Positions 34,456-44,900 of a stretch of DNA of 64,000 nucleotides are shown here, piece by piece. This stretch comes from an uncultured bacterium (lineage in GTDB: Bacteria; Fermentibacterota; Fermentibacteria; Fermentibacterales; JCC-6). The DNA lies in NCBI GenBank assembly GCA_964624405.1, contig CAZUXA010000010.1, positions 5,263 through 69,262 of the forward strand, in the 5' to 3' direction. The position numbers and the translations under genes were made by a program. Below the pieces are notes generated by a model. That model was given only the letters and a program-made list of their open reading frames with translations. It made no database searches and was not told the DNA's origin. Numbering within the stretch: the stretch's first letter is position 1; each line of letters starts with the position of its first letter.

Positions 34456-35861
34456 TCCCAGGCGCATTGAAGGTTCTCTTCGCCGCCTCGGAAGTGTATC
34501 CCCTGGCCAGCACCGGAGGGCTTGCGTCGGTGGTGGCGGAGCTTCCCGGAGCGCTGATCGGAGAAGGTCTGGATGTTCGGGTGATAATCCCCTACTATGG
34601 AGACCTGTCTGGACGGAAGGGAATCCGCTGGGTCGGATCAGGGAAAACATACCTTGGTGAGGATTTCGGGATAGCGCGGACAAAACTTCTGAACGGAGTA
34701 TGGGTCTATCTTGTTGCCAGAGACGAGGATTTCTCTCGAAAGGGGTTCTACGGCCCCACACCGGACACCGCGTGGCCCGACAACTGTCGAAGGTTCGCCT
34801 TCTTCTCCCGGGCTGTGGAGGCCTCTCCGGCGATCACCGGGTTCAAACCCGATGTTTTTCACTGTCACGACTGGCAGACCGGCCTTCTGCCGGTCTACCT
34901 TCACCGGGCCGGAATCCCTTCGGTGTTCACCATTCACAACCTAGCCTTTCAGGGCAGGTTCGGGCCGGAGAGCTGGCCCGCCTCGGGGTTGCCCGATGAG
35001 TTCTTCCGCCCGGACAGGCTTGAGTTCTGGGGAGACTGGAACATGATGAAGGGCGGCATTCTGTTTGCCGGCGCGGTAACCACCGTCAGCCCCAGCTACG
35101 CCCGGGAGATCCGCACTCCAAGGTTCGGCTTCGGGCTTGAATCGGTGCTTGAGCATGAAAAACGGAAGCTTCACGGCATTCTCAACGGAATCGATCACGA
35201 TTGCTGGAATCCCGAAACCGATTCAGTCATCCCGGCGACCTTCGGACCCGGGAGCATGGCGGGCAGAAAAAGATGCCGTAGAGAGCTTGCCCGCGAGATG
35301 GGGTTGCCCGAAGGGGGTGGGCCCCTGGTGGGAATGGTCACCAGGCTCACGGCCCAGAAAGGCGTCGACCTGGTGCTTGAAGCCCTGCCCGGGCTGGTGG
35401 GCAGAGGCATGAGGCTGGCTGTGCTGGGAACAGGCGAGGCGGAATGGGAAAGGGCGTTCAGGGCCGCCGCGGCCCGTTATCCCGACACCGTTTCAGTAAG
35501 AATCGAGTATTGCGACAGCCTTGCCAGAAGAATTTTTGCCGGCTCGGATGTGTTCCTCATGCCCTCGATGTTCGAACCCTGTGGAATATCACAGATGATC
35601 GCCATGAGGTATGGTTCTGTTCCCCTGGTGAGAAGAACCGGGGGTTTGGGAGATACGGTGTCCGGAGAGACAGGGTTTCTTTTCGAAGCCTCCGGTGATT
35701 TTCCCCGGGCACTTGACGCCGTGTCGGAGCTGTGGCAATCCGGCCCCTCCCGTTGGACCCGGAAGAGAAAACTATGCATGAAGACCGATAACTCATGGAA
35801 GAACAGGACAGCGGGTTATCTGAAGCTTTACCGGAGGGCGAAAGAGAGTATGCTGCCATGA
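34452..35861 (+). CDS. glgA: Glycogen synthase
   Basis: KVLFAASEVYPLASTGGLASVV N-terminus, HCHDWQTGL, and MPSMFEPCGISQM. ATGA overlap with ispDF. Confidence 0.9.
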   Translation: MIPGALKVLFAASEVYPLASTGGLASVVAELPGALIGEGLDVRVIIPYYGDLSGRKGIRWVGSGKTYLGEDFGIARTKLLNGVWVYLVARDEDFSRKGFYGPTPDTAWPDNCRRFAFFSRAVEASPAITGFKPDVFHCHDWQTGLLPVYLHRAGIPSVFTIHNLAFQGRFGPESWPASGLPDEFFRPDRLEFWGDWNMMKGGILFAGAVTTVSPSYAREIRTPRFGFGLESVLEHEKRKLHGILNGIDHDCWNPETDSVIPATFGPGSMAGRKRCRRELAREMGLPEGGGPLVGMVTRLTAQKGVDLVLEALPGLVGRGMRLAVLGTGEAEWERAFRAAAARYPDTVSVRIEYCDSLARRIFAGSDVFLMPSMFEPCGISQMIAMRYGSVPLVRRTGGLGDTVSGETGFLFEASGDFPRALDAVSELWQSGPSRWTRKRKLCMKTDNSWKNRTAGYLKLYRRAKESMLP

Positions 35862-36472
35862 AGCATTCAGCCGGAGCGCCGGTTCTTCAGTTCGCCCGCC
35901 CCTCCGAGGCCCACCGGATGCTTGTGACGGTGAGCCCCGTGGGCGCCATGGCGGTCACCGCGATGATCATCACAGCCGGGGGGCTCCTTGCCGGCGCGAT
36001 GACCTCCCTTTTGTCATGGGAGCTGCCGGTATTCATTCTTTTCGAAAGGGCTTTGCTGGCATCCCTTGGAGGCGCTGCCGCCTGGGGTCTGGCCAGGGCG
36101 TCGGGGAGCAGGGTTCCCCTGGTTCCCGGGATGCAGTCGGCGTTCATGTCCATGACGGTTTGGGTTCTGGGAGTATCGGTGCTTATGTTGCTTTCCCGGG
36201 CATTCGGAATATCTTCCGGGTTCAGCTGGAGCGCCGGAGAACTGGCGGGACCGCTGGCGGGAACCCGGGCAGGGTTGTTCCTGCTTCTGGTTCTGGTTAA
36301 TCTGGACATTGTGTCCATCGCTACGGTTTTCGTCTGGGGAAAGGGGCTTTCCTCGGTATGGGGAACCAGCCCTTCGTTCGGAATCAGGATGGCTTGGGCG
36401 GTATATCTGTTTGCCGTGGTTTTGCAGGCGGTTCCCATTCTTTTCCATATCGAAGCCGGGAAGGTTGGCTGA
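35858..36472 (+). CDS. Hypothetical polytopic membrane protein
   Basis: ORF 35795..36472 trimmed to the ATG at 35858 (ATGA overlap with the glgA stop). Several hydrophobic helices. No motif I recognise. Confidence 0.55.
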   Translation: MKHSAGAPVLQFARPSEAHRMLVTVSPVGAMAVTAMIITAGGLLAGAMTSLLSWELPVFILFERALLASLGGAAAWGLARASGSRVPLVPGMQSAFMSMTVWVLGVSVLMLLSRAFGISSGFSWSAGELAGPLAGTRAGLFLLLVLVNLDIVSIATVFVWGKGLSSVWGTSPSFGIRMAWAVYLFAVVLQAVPILFHIEAGKVG

Positions 36473-37764
36473 TGATGATTTTCACCGTGGCTCTGATACT
36501 GTATGCCGCTTCCGATGTTTCAGGAACCATGGATCTTTCCGGGTGGGTTGCCCACACCCTGACAAACTCTCCAACCATTGCCGAGGCTGAAGCAACGCTT
36601 TCCGTAGCAGGCGCCGGGCTAAGGTCTTCCGGTGCCTTCAGGCTGCCGGTTCTTTCCTTCACCGCCACCTCCGGGTACTCCTGGTCCTCCTATCTGCCCG
36701 AGGGAGGGGAACCGATAAGAACCGAATCCGAGAGCTATTCCGCCGCACTCGGGCTTTCACAAGAGATAATCGGTTCGGGGGGACGCAACTGGCTTCTCCT
36801 TCGGGGGGAACGGGCGGGATTCCAGGCCGCGGAAGCGGACTACCGGGCAGCGGTTCTCGACCTCGTGATGAGTGTTGTCGAAGCGTACTACGCGGCAGTT
36901 GAAGCGGAGGGTCTGCTGGCCACCTCGGCCCAGGCCCTGGAAAGAAGCGCAAGCCAGCTGGAGAGGGCCGAAGCTCTCTATCAGGTGGGAGGGCTGACAA
37001 CCCTTGAGCTTCTTCAGCTTCAGGTTCAGGAGAGCCGCAACAGGCTCTCCCTTACCAGGAGCAGGCAGAACCTTCGCACGGCCTACACGAACCTGTACCG
37101 GATTGCCGGGCTGTCCTCTGGAACCTCCGGCCTCTCCGTTGACACCCTGGCGGTTCTGCGTCCCATACCCCCGGATCGGATGGCGGAGCTTGCCCGCTCT
37201 CTTGATGACAACCCCACTCTTGAAGCGGCAAGATTCCGCGCCCGCCAGTCGTCCATAAGGGCCAGGGCCCAGGAGAGGTCTTACTGGCCCAGCCTGAGCG
37301 CCACCGCATCCTGGAACTGGAGCGACAACAGCCTGGATGGCTTGAAAGACATGTCCGACAACGATTCATGGTCCGTGGGCCTCAGGCTCAACTGGACCAT
37401 ATTCGACGGCTACTCCAGAGAAGCCGCGGTTCAATCCGCAAGGGCCTCGGCCCTGAGGACCGACGCGGGTCTTGCGGGGCTGGAAATCAGCCTGGCCGCC
37501 ATGCTGCAGACATCCTACGACAACATGCTGACATCCTACGAGAGCTACACACTCAGCGAACTTGTTCTGCACCAGGCACAGGAGCAGTACAGACTTTCGA
37601 GGCTTACCTATGATATGGGGGGGCTTTCCCTGCTTGAACTGCTGGATGCCCAGCAAATGCTCACAGAGGCCCAGGCCGGGGTGGTAAGTTCCAGGGTCGC
37701 CTGTCTGGTGCAGGAAGCAAGGGTCTACGTTCTGGCCGGACGATTGCCCAGGCTTGGTGAATAA
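36472..37764 (+). CDS. TolC-family outer membrane efflux protein
   Basis: ORF 36358..37764 trimmed to MMIFTVALILYAAS (signal peptide; 1-nt overlap with the upstream stop). Two internally repeated OEP-like halves (LSGWVAHTLTNSPTIAEAEA...; LDDNPTLEAARFRA...). Confidence 0.75.
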   Translation: MMIFTVALILYAASDVSGTMDLSGWVAHTLTNSPTIAEAEATLSVAGAGLRSSGAFRLPVLSFTATSGYSWSSYLPEGGEPIRTESESYSAALGLSQEIIGSGGRNWLLLRGERAGFQAAEADYRAAVLDLVMSVVEAYYAAVEAEGLLATSAQALERSASQLERAEALYQVGGLTTLELLQLQVQESRNRLSLTRSRQNLRTAYTNLYRIAGLSSGTSGLSVDTLAVLRPIPPDRMAELARSLDDNPTLEAARFRARQSSIRARAQERSYWPSLSATASWNWSDNSLDGLKDMSDNDSWSVGLRLNWTIFDGYSREAAVQSARASALRTDAGLAGLEISLAAMLQTSYDNMLTSYESYTLSELVLHQAQEQYRLSRLTYDMGGLSLLELLDAQQMLTEAQAGVVSSRVACLVQEARVYVLAGRLPRLGE

Positions 37765-37848
37765 CCGCAGTTAAGGAGCCGGCCGCAAGGAATTGCATGA
37801 GTTGTTGAGAATACATTGAGGCGAACCAAAGGAAACGGAGTAACTCGA

Positions 37849-38793
37849 ATGGGAAGACTGGCGTTTCTCTTTCCCGGTCAGGCATCCCAGAAAGTGGGCA
37901 TGCAGCAGCATCTCATGGACTTCCCCGAATCCAGGGAGTTTCTTGAGAAAACCTACGCCCTCAGTGGCGTGCATAATCTGTTCCAGGTGATGAGCCAGGG
38001 GCCTGAAGAAGCCCTCACCCGCACAGACAACGCCCAGCCTGCGATTACCATGGTAAGCCTGGCCACACTCAAGGTGCTTCAGGTTGCGGGCATAAGGTTC
38101 GAGGGCGCCGCCGGTCACAGTCTTGGTGAGTATTCCGCTCTGGTGGCTGCGGGGGTTCTGCTGCCTGATACCGCGGTAAAACTCACCCGACTTCGGGGAG
38201 AGCTGATGCAAAGGTGCGCCGATATCCATCCCGGAGGTATGCTGGCGGTGCTGGGGCTGGATTTGGAGAGCGTTACCAGGGCTGTAGAGCAGGCTTCGGA
38301 AACGGGTCCGGTTGGGGTTGCCAACATGAACTCCCCGGGTCAGGTGGTGATCTCCGGCGCCCGGGAAGCCCTTGAAAGGGCCGGGGAGATATGCAGGGAA
38401 CTCGGTGCAAAGCGTGTGATTCCGCTGCAGGTATCCGGCGCCTGGCACAGCCCCCTGATGGCCGATGCGGCCAGAGACCTCAAGAACGCCCTGAAGGAAG
38501 CCGCGTTCTACGACCCCGGGATACCGGTGGTGGCAAATGTTACCGCGGGATACATTCCCAGCGGAGACAAGGCCAGGGAACTGCTGTCCAGGCAGGTCAC
38601 ATCCCCGGTTCTCTGGGCGGCTTCCATGAAGCTGATGATCGAAAACGGTTTCGACACCTTCGTGGAAGTCGGGCCCGGTGCGGTTCTTCAGGGTCTTCTG
38701 GGAAAGACTCCCGATGTCAGGGTTTATGGAACCCAGGATTCGGCCTCGTTGGCCAGAACCCTGTCGGAACTCGGGGGACGCACCAGGGGATAA
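37849..38793 (+). CDS. fabD: Malonyl CoA-acyl carrier protein transacylase
   Basis: ORF 37816..38793 trimmed to MGRLAFLFPGQASQ, with GGAG 8 nt upstream. Active-site GHSLGEYSAL. Confidence 0.92.
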   Translation: MGRLAFLFPGQASQKVGMQQHLMDFPESREFLEKTYALSGVHNLFQVMSQGPEEALTRTDNAQPAITMVSLATLKVLQVAGIRFEGAAGHSLGEYSALVAAGVLLPDTAVKLTRLRGELMQRCADIHPGGMLAVLGLDLESVTRAVEQASETGPVGVANMNSPGQVVISGAREALERAGEICRELGAKRVIPLQVSGAWHSPLMADAARDLKNALKEAAFYDPGIPVVANVTAGYIPSGDKARELLSRQVTSPVLWAASMKLMIENGFDTFVEVGPGAVLQGLLGKTPDVRVYGTQDSASLARTLSELGGRTRG

Positions 38794-38799
38794 GGCGAT

Positions 38800-40155
38800 T
38801 CATTTCCCCCGATTGAGCATTTCCCGCAGAACCCTGTTGTGGGCGGCGAAGGCCAGGGGTGGAGCTTCGTTCGGGGGCATCCACATCACTTCCGAGGCGT
38901 CATCCCCGGGAACCGGTTCACCTTCAAGGCCTTCCGCACGGAAAACGAAGAGGGCCACGCCCCCGTAGGCCGTGCAGTCACTGTCCGAGCCCTCGAGCAC
39001 CATCGAGGTCGCCTTCAGGCCGGTTTCTTCCATCAATTCCCGCCGGGCGCACTCTTCCGGTGATTCGCCCAGATCCATGAATCCACCGGGAAGACAGAGT
39101 TCTCCCCTGCCGGGGGCGAACGCCCGTCTTACCAGCAGGATTCTGCCCTCAGGGTCACCGGCGACTATCATCACCGCCGGTAGCGGGTTTCTGTAGAAAA
39201 CAAGGCCGCAGGCCGGGCAGTTTCTATGGCCTGCGGTCCCCAGCAGGCCTTCTCCGCAGGCGGGGCAGAAACGGGGCTCCGCGTAGAAGCCTGTGGTGTT
39301 TCGAGGTTTGGGGCCTGGACCCATGCCGGGCAGATGGCCAATAAGGTACCCTCCGTTTCTGAGAAAGCCGTCGCGAATCGCTGCCCGCAGGTACCTCAGG
39401 GCACCATCCACCGATTCCGCCACACCGTGCCCTCCGGCCATCAGCGCCGCGCAGGCTGATGCAAGGGTGCATCCCGTGCCGTGAACCTTCCCCGGGACGA
39501 GCCGTTTTCCCGGGAACAGCCTTGCTCCGTCCCGGGTAACCAGAACATCGCAGGGTTCTCCCGGAAGATGGCCCCCCTTGATGAGCACGGCACCGGCGCC
39601 CCGGTCCACGAGAAGCCTGCCGGCGGTCTCCATTTCCTCCCTGTTTCGCACCCCTTTTCCGGTCAGCGCCTCAGCCTCGTCAAGATTGGGTGTCAGAAGC
39701 CCGGCCCCGGGAACGAGAAGCTTGAGAATCGATTCGGAAAGCCCTCTCCGGGAAAGGCTGTCACCGCTGCCGGAGACCAGTACCGGGTCGACCACCAGGG
39801 GGGCCGGTGAGATCCGGCTGCGATAGATATCGGCGGTAACCTCCACCGCTTCCACTCCGCCGAGCATGCCGGTCTTCATTCCGTGCAGCGGCCCGTCGTC
39901 GCAGAGAACCAGCATCTGGTCATGAAGCTGCCGGGGAGTGACCGGGCTCCAGGAGTGAACCCTTCCGGAATCCTGCACTGTTAACGCGGTTATCGCGAAA
40001 CAGCCGTGGGCGCCCATGGCCGCCACAGCCTTGGCGTCTGCGAACAGGCCGGCTCCGCCGCTGGGGTCGGTTCCCCCAACCAGAAGCACCTGAGGTCTGC
40101 CGCCCCCCCTCGCCAAACATGCGGTGTCTGTGTTAGTTTTACAGTATGCGTTCAT
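38800..40155 (-). CDS. thiD: Fusion protein: hydroxymethylpyrimidine/phosphomethylpyrimidine kinase (ThiD) + Zn ribbon + Nudix hydrolase
   Basis: ThiD part has GGTDPSGGAG and VHGTGCTLASA. Zn ribbon CPACG...CPACG at 39211-39267. Nudix box GGFMDLGESPEECARRELMEETG at 39019-39087. Start uncertain: the ATG at 40155 overlaps the divergent tamA start, and an in-frame GTG at 40089 is an alternative. Confidence 0.8.
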   Translation of the reverse strand: MNAYCKTNTDTACLARGGGRPQVLLVGGTDPSGGAGLFADAKAVAAMGAHGCFAITALTVQDSGRVHSWSPVTPRQLHDQMLVLCDDGPLHGMKTGMLGGVEAVEVTADIYRSRISPAPLVVDPVLVSGSGDSLSRRGLSESILKLLVPGAGLLTPNLDEAEALTGKGVRNREEMETAGRLLVDRGAGAVLIKGGHLPGEPCDVLVTRDGARLFPGKRLVPGKVHGTGCTLASACAALMAGGHGVAESVDGALRYLRAAIRDGFLRNGGYLIGHLPGMGPGPKPRNTTGFYAEPRFCPACGEGLLGTAGHRNCPACGLVFYRNPLPAVMIVAGDPEGRILLVRRAFAPGRGELCLPGGFMDLGESPEECARRELMEETGLKATSMVLEGSDSDCTAYGGVALFVFRAEGLEGEPVPGDDASEVMWMPPNEAPPLAFAAHNRVLREMLNRGK

Positions 40156-41927
40156 TTCTTCCGATTCTTGTCATTTGGTTGTTGCCGGCGGTGGTGTCGG
40201 CAACCATGGGTCCGAGTATAGATTCGGTGTACATTTCAGGCAATGCGCCTCTGGACGAGAGAGCTCTTCTGGCGGGCACCGGGCTGGAAACCGGAGCATC
40301 AGTGTACGGGCTTTCAAGGGTTCTGGTGGGGAACGGGGTTCTATCGAACCTTAGAAACCACGGCTACCTCGACGCCGAAGTCGAGGTGCTCTGGCCGGAA
40401 TGGGACTCCCGTACCAATACGGTGGGTGTTCATGTGGAACCCGGGCGCAGATCCCTGCTCGGCGATGTACTGATCACTGGTTCCACGGCGTTCGACGAGA
40501 AAACGATCAGGGGGTTTCTTGCGCTCTCCCGTGGAGATCCGATAGCCCCCCGGGACACTCTTGATTTCAGAAGAACCATAAGGGCCGCCTTCGGCCGAAG
40601 GGGAATGATAAGGGCCGACGCCCGGATCGAGCTGCTGGAGTTCGACGACCCCGAGAGCGGCCAGCCTTACGGAAGCCGGGCTCTGGTCTGTGAGATCGTC
40701 GAAGGTCCCAGGTTCGTGATGGGGGAAGTGCGTGTTACCGGGCTGGAATCGGTAAGGAGTATCGTTGTCACCAGGGAGATAAGCCTTCAGCCCGGGGACT
40801 CGCTGAACATGGATTTGCTTCGGGAATCCCTCACCCGGATCTACACGCTGCGGCTGTTCAACGATGTCCGCTACAGATACCACCCCAGGGAAGATGAAGC
40901 GGTGATGGACCTGGAAGTGGCGGTTCATGAAAGACCGTACCACATCATCGACCTTGCCAGCGGCTACATTTCCCCTTCGGCGGTCTTCTGGGGCGGCTAC
41001 TGGATACACCCCAACATATGGGGGAACAATCAGAGGCTCACCATAGGCTCAACCTGGACCCACTACTTTGCCAGCGGCCAGGAGGGCGACCTGCTCGAGC
41101 CCTCTCTCTCCTATGAGGAGCCCTGGTTTCTTTCCACCCGCTGGTCGGCGAAGCTCACGGGAAGCTACACCTACCTGCAGAGAAGTTTCCAGGAGGAGAG
41201 GAGCTACGGCGCGGGGGTCAGGTTTTCCCGGCTGCTCTCGCCCAGTATCCGGTTCACCTTCGGGTACGGGCTGGACAGGATCCGATTTGAAACCACCACC
41301 GAAGACACGGTGATTTCCCAGGACTGGACAACCACCGGAAGCCTCACCGCTTCAGTGGTGAATGACACCCGCGCCCCGGTGATGGACCCTGCCCGGGGGC
41401 GCTGGCTGATGCTGGGAGGGAAGCTTTCCGGCGGTCTTCTTGGGGGTCTGGACTATTACCGGATGGAAACCGAAGCCCGGCTCTTCGTTCCAGTGGGAAG
41501 CAATCTGGTGCTGGCGGGCAGACTGGCGGCGGGAACGGTTCAGGGCTACAACGGCTCGGTGACCATTCCCCCAACGGACAGGTTCTATCTGGGTGGCGCG
41601 GGCTCCGTCAGGGGCTACGCGTATCACGCCCTCGGACCCGACGACGGGGATGGCAACCCTTTGGGGGGTAACACCATGTTGCTTGGCAACTTCGAAGCCA
41701 GGCTCAGGGTTTGGAAGTTCATGGGAATTGCGGCGTTTCTGGATTCCGGAGGCATCTGGAACAACCTGGATGAGGTTTCCACATCCGATGCGGGGCTTGG
41801 TACCGGCATGGGCCTGAGGGTTTCCACTCCGTTCAGCCCAATCCGGTTCGACTACGGTTTCGCGCCCACGTGGCGCGACGGTTTCAAGAGGGGAAGGTTC
41901 TACTTTGCCATCGGCCAGACCTTCTGA
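40146..41927 (+). CDS. tamA: Omp85-family outer membrane protein, TamA-like
   Basis: Signal peptide MRSFLPILVIWLLPAVVSA, POTRA-like repeats, and a C-terminal barrel ending RGRFYFAIGQTF. Followed directly by a TamB-like gene. 593 aa, a TamA-like size. Confidence 0.8.
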   Translation: MRSFLPILVIWLLPAVVSATMGPSIDSVYISGNAPLDERALLAGTGLETGASVYGLSRVLVGNGVLSNLRNHGYLDAEVEVLWPEWDSRTNTVGVHVEPGRRSLLGDVLITGSTAFDEKTIRGFLALSRGDPIAPRDTLDFRRTIRAAFGRRGMIRADARIELLEFDDPESGQPYGSRALVCEIVEGPRFVMGEVRVTGLESVRSIVVTREISLQPGDSLNMDLLRESLTRIYTLRLFNDVRYRYHPREDEAVMDLEVAVHERPYHIIDLASGYISPSAVFWGGYWIHPNIWGNNQRLTIGSTWTHYFASGQEGDLLEPSLSYEEPWFLSTRWSAKLTGSYTYLQRSFQEERSYGAGVRFSRLLSPSIRFTFGYGLDRIRFETTTEDTVISQDWTTTGSLTASVVNDTRAPVMDPARGRWLMLGGKLSGGLLGGLDYYRMETEARLFVPVGSNLVLAGRLAAGTVQGYNGSVTIPPTDRFYLGGAGSVRGYAYHALGPDDGDGNPLGGNTMLLGNFEARLRVWKFMGIAAFLDSGGIWNNLDEVSTSDAGLGTGMGLRVSTPFSPIRFDYGFAPTWRDGFKRGRFYFAIGQTF

Positions 41928-44900
41928 GATAAAAGCCAGGCGTTCCCGGGCACTGCTTGTTCCCGGCATTGCCGCCGGCGTCTTGGTGGTTCTCTATCTG
42001 CTTCTTCTCAGCGGAAACCTTGCCTGGGCGGTCAAACTGGGTGTGAATCTCTTTGCCAACCAGGGGGACTTGACGGTCGATGTCTACGGGTTTGCCTCGG
42101 GGGTTTTCTTCGGAACCAGGGCGGATTCAGTGGTTGTGCGGGACTCCGGCGGCCTGAGGGTAGTGGTCAGCGGAATACGGGTGCGGGGAAGCCTCTACGG
42201 ATACGCAGCGGGAACCGGACTCGGCTCGATCCATGCGGATTCACTGGGAATCGTGATTCCCTCCCCGGATCCCGACCGGGAAGCCGAACCCGATCCTGAC
42301 ATGGGTCCCCTGTTTGACAGTATTCTGAAGGGGTTCGTCACCAGCGCCGACACCCTTCGCATTCTCCGGGGAAGCATCATAGACCACAACGGAACGCTTT
42401 TGCTGGACTCCATGCGGATTTCCGCGGGGGTTTCGCCCGCGCCTTCAGCGGGCCTGGAGGTTCACTCCGTCGGTGCATTTCTTCCGGAGTTCGGCCCGAT
42501 ATCCGGTTCCGGAACCATTCTGCTGAATCGGGAACGGGTAACCCTTCAGGGCTTTTCTGTGGTTGTTCCCATGGCGGAGTTGAACCTCGGCGGAGTGCTT
42601 GAAGCCGACAGCTCCCTGGCGCTTCAGGGAACGGGAAGGTTCTCCACGGAGTCCATTCCCGGCGCTCCGCCGGCCCGGGGTCTTCTCACCCTTACCGTAT
42701 TGGGCACCACCGGCAACCCGCAGGGGGTCGTGGCCATTTCCGAAGGATCGATCCATTTCATGGACAGGGATGTAAGCTTCAGCGCGGATTCACTTTCCGG
42801 CAGCATGGCCGGGGCCGGCCTGGGAGCGCTTGATTTTCTTACCCAGGGCCTTAGTGGCAACATTTCCGGCGACGTCGTATTCGAGGGTCCACAGTGGAAC
42901 GGCACTGTCGGTCTGGTGTTCACAGGTGTCGATCCATCGTCCTGGGACGCCGATGCCCCGTCCGGGTTTTTAACCGGCAACCTCTCCATTCACGCTCAGG
43001 GAACAGGCGAGGAGCTTTCCTCCGGCAACCTCGTGCTTGTGCTCCAGGGCAGTTCCCTGGATGGTTACCCAATTGATGCCCTGCGGCTTAACGCAGCGGT
43101 TGACCCTTCCAGGGTTTCCGGAACCCTTTCCCTTGCCGCACTGGGCGCCCAGCTCAACTCCACATGGTCACTGGCCCTGGGGAATGGGTATCGGCCGGTT
43201 TCATGGAGCGGCACCGCAGAACTCAGCATTCCGGATGCCCGAAGGGTTATGCAAACCCTGGATCCCGGTTCGCCACTTTCGGGGGTGAATGGTGTTTCTG
43301 TGGCTCTGACCGGCCGGGGAACCCCTGAACGGTTTCAGGTGTCCTGTGATGCCGGGGTCAGGAGTTTCGGGATTGACGGGATAAGCACATCCGGGGTTTA
43401 CCTTCGGGGGGATGCCGCGGTGAACCTTGCCTCAGGGAACGGGGTGAGGGTTGATTTCAACGGAACAACGGGCCTCGGCCACCTGGAGGCCGGGGAGGCC
43501 GCGCTGTCCGGCGTGGCGTTGAACGGAAACTTGAGGCTGGGTATACCCGCCCGGGGCGCTCCCTCCATCAGGTTCACTGGAACGGTTTCCGCGGACACGG
43601 CGGCAATGGCTGAAATCGTAGCCCTGGAACCCCTGGCGGATGTGGATTTCTCCATGGCCGGCGGGCTTCCCTCCGGCTCGGTGGCGCTTCGTGCCCACAG
43701 CATTCTCACGCCCGGCGGTTCGATGGCTCTGGATATCCGGGGGGAATCACGGAACGGAATAGTGAACCTGGATTCCATCCACATTCGGCACGAGCGGGGC
43801 CTGGCGGTCTCCGCCGGGGTTTCCGCCGACCTCACCGGAGAGAGTTTGTCCATGTCACTGGATTCCATCAGGATCACTATGAACAAGCTCAGGCTTGTCC
43901 GGGCGGGAGGGGCGGAAGCAAGCCTTTTCGCTGATGGAACCCTGGAAGTAGACACCCTCTGGATCGACCCTCCCGCCGGTTATGTTAGCGGCAGCGGCTC
44001 TGTCGCCGCCGATGGAGCCATTCAGGCCAGCTTCGACATCAGGGCGGTTGATATCGCGTCCCTGGGTTTTGCCCTGGGGCTGGATCTTCCGGTTTCCGGG
44101 GTGCTGAGCGCCTTTGTCGAGGCTTCGGGCATGCCGGGAACCGACCTCGAAGCCCGGTTGAGCCTGAGCCTCGACGATCCCACCTACGGCCCGTGGACCC
44201 AGGGAGACAGCATCACCGTCAACGCGGACCTTACCCGGGGCGTTCTCACCGTTGACGGAATCTGGATCTGGAGCGACAACATTCGAAGCGGAGTGCGATT
44301 CTCCATGGACAGCCTCTGGATCGGCACCTCCATTGATTTCGCCCCGGAAAGGCTGGCATGGCTGGAAGCCGAACTGAGCGGAGTGGGAGACTGGCTTCTT
44401 TACATTCTGCCCTTTCCGGTCATGACCAGCGGCGCAAGCATCAGTTCCAGGATCGAGTACAACAGGGATCTCGAGTACATATCCGCCGGCGTGGCAGGCC
44501 ATTTCCAGAGGCTTTTTCTCGCCGGGGCCCAGATGGAGTTTCCAATGTCTTCCGTGTACTTCTCCTACCCTGATACAAGGGCTTCCGACGAGTACAACGC
44601 ATCGTTCAGGATCACCAGCGGCCAGGGCAGGGAACCGGATCTCACCGCGGAGTTCAGGGCCAGGGTGAGGGAGAATCTTCCGTTCCGGACCGGCGATCTC
44701 CCACTGGAAGTCGAGGGATACTCCTTCCTGGCCACCCTGAACGGCTGGGAGGCCATAATCAACGGAGTGGGCTGGATTTCCATGAGCGGAAACCTTTCCG
44801 CAACCGAGAACGACCTGACCCGACGGCCGATGCTCAGGGGCAAGATCAGGCTGGACCAGGGTGTAATCGCCCTTGCGAGCCAGCAGGGCGGCGCCGGCGC

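Noticed and set aside
38794-40155. TPP riboswitch controlling thiD
   Set aside because: The thiD start abuts or overlaps the divergent tamA gene, so there is no non-coding leader in which a riboswitch could reside.
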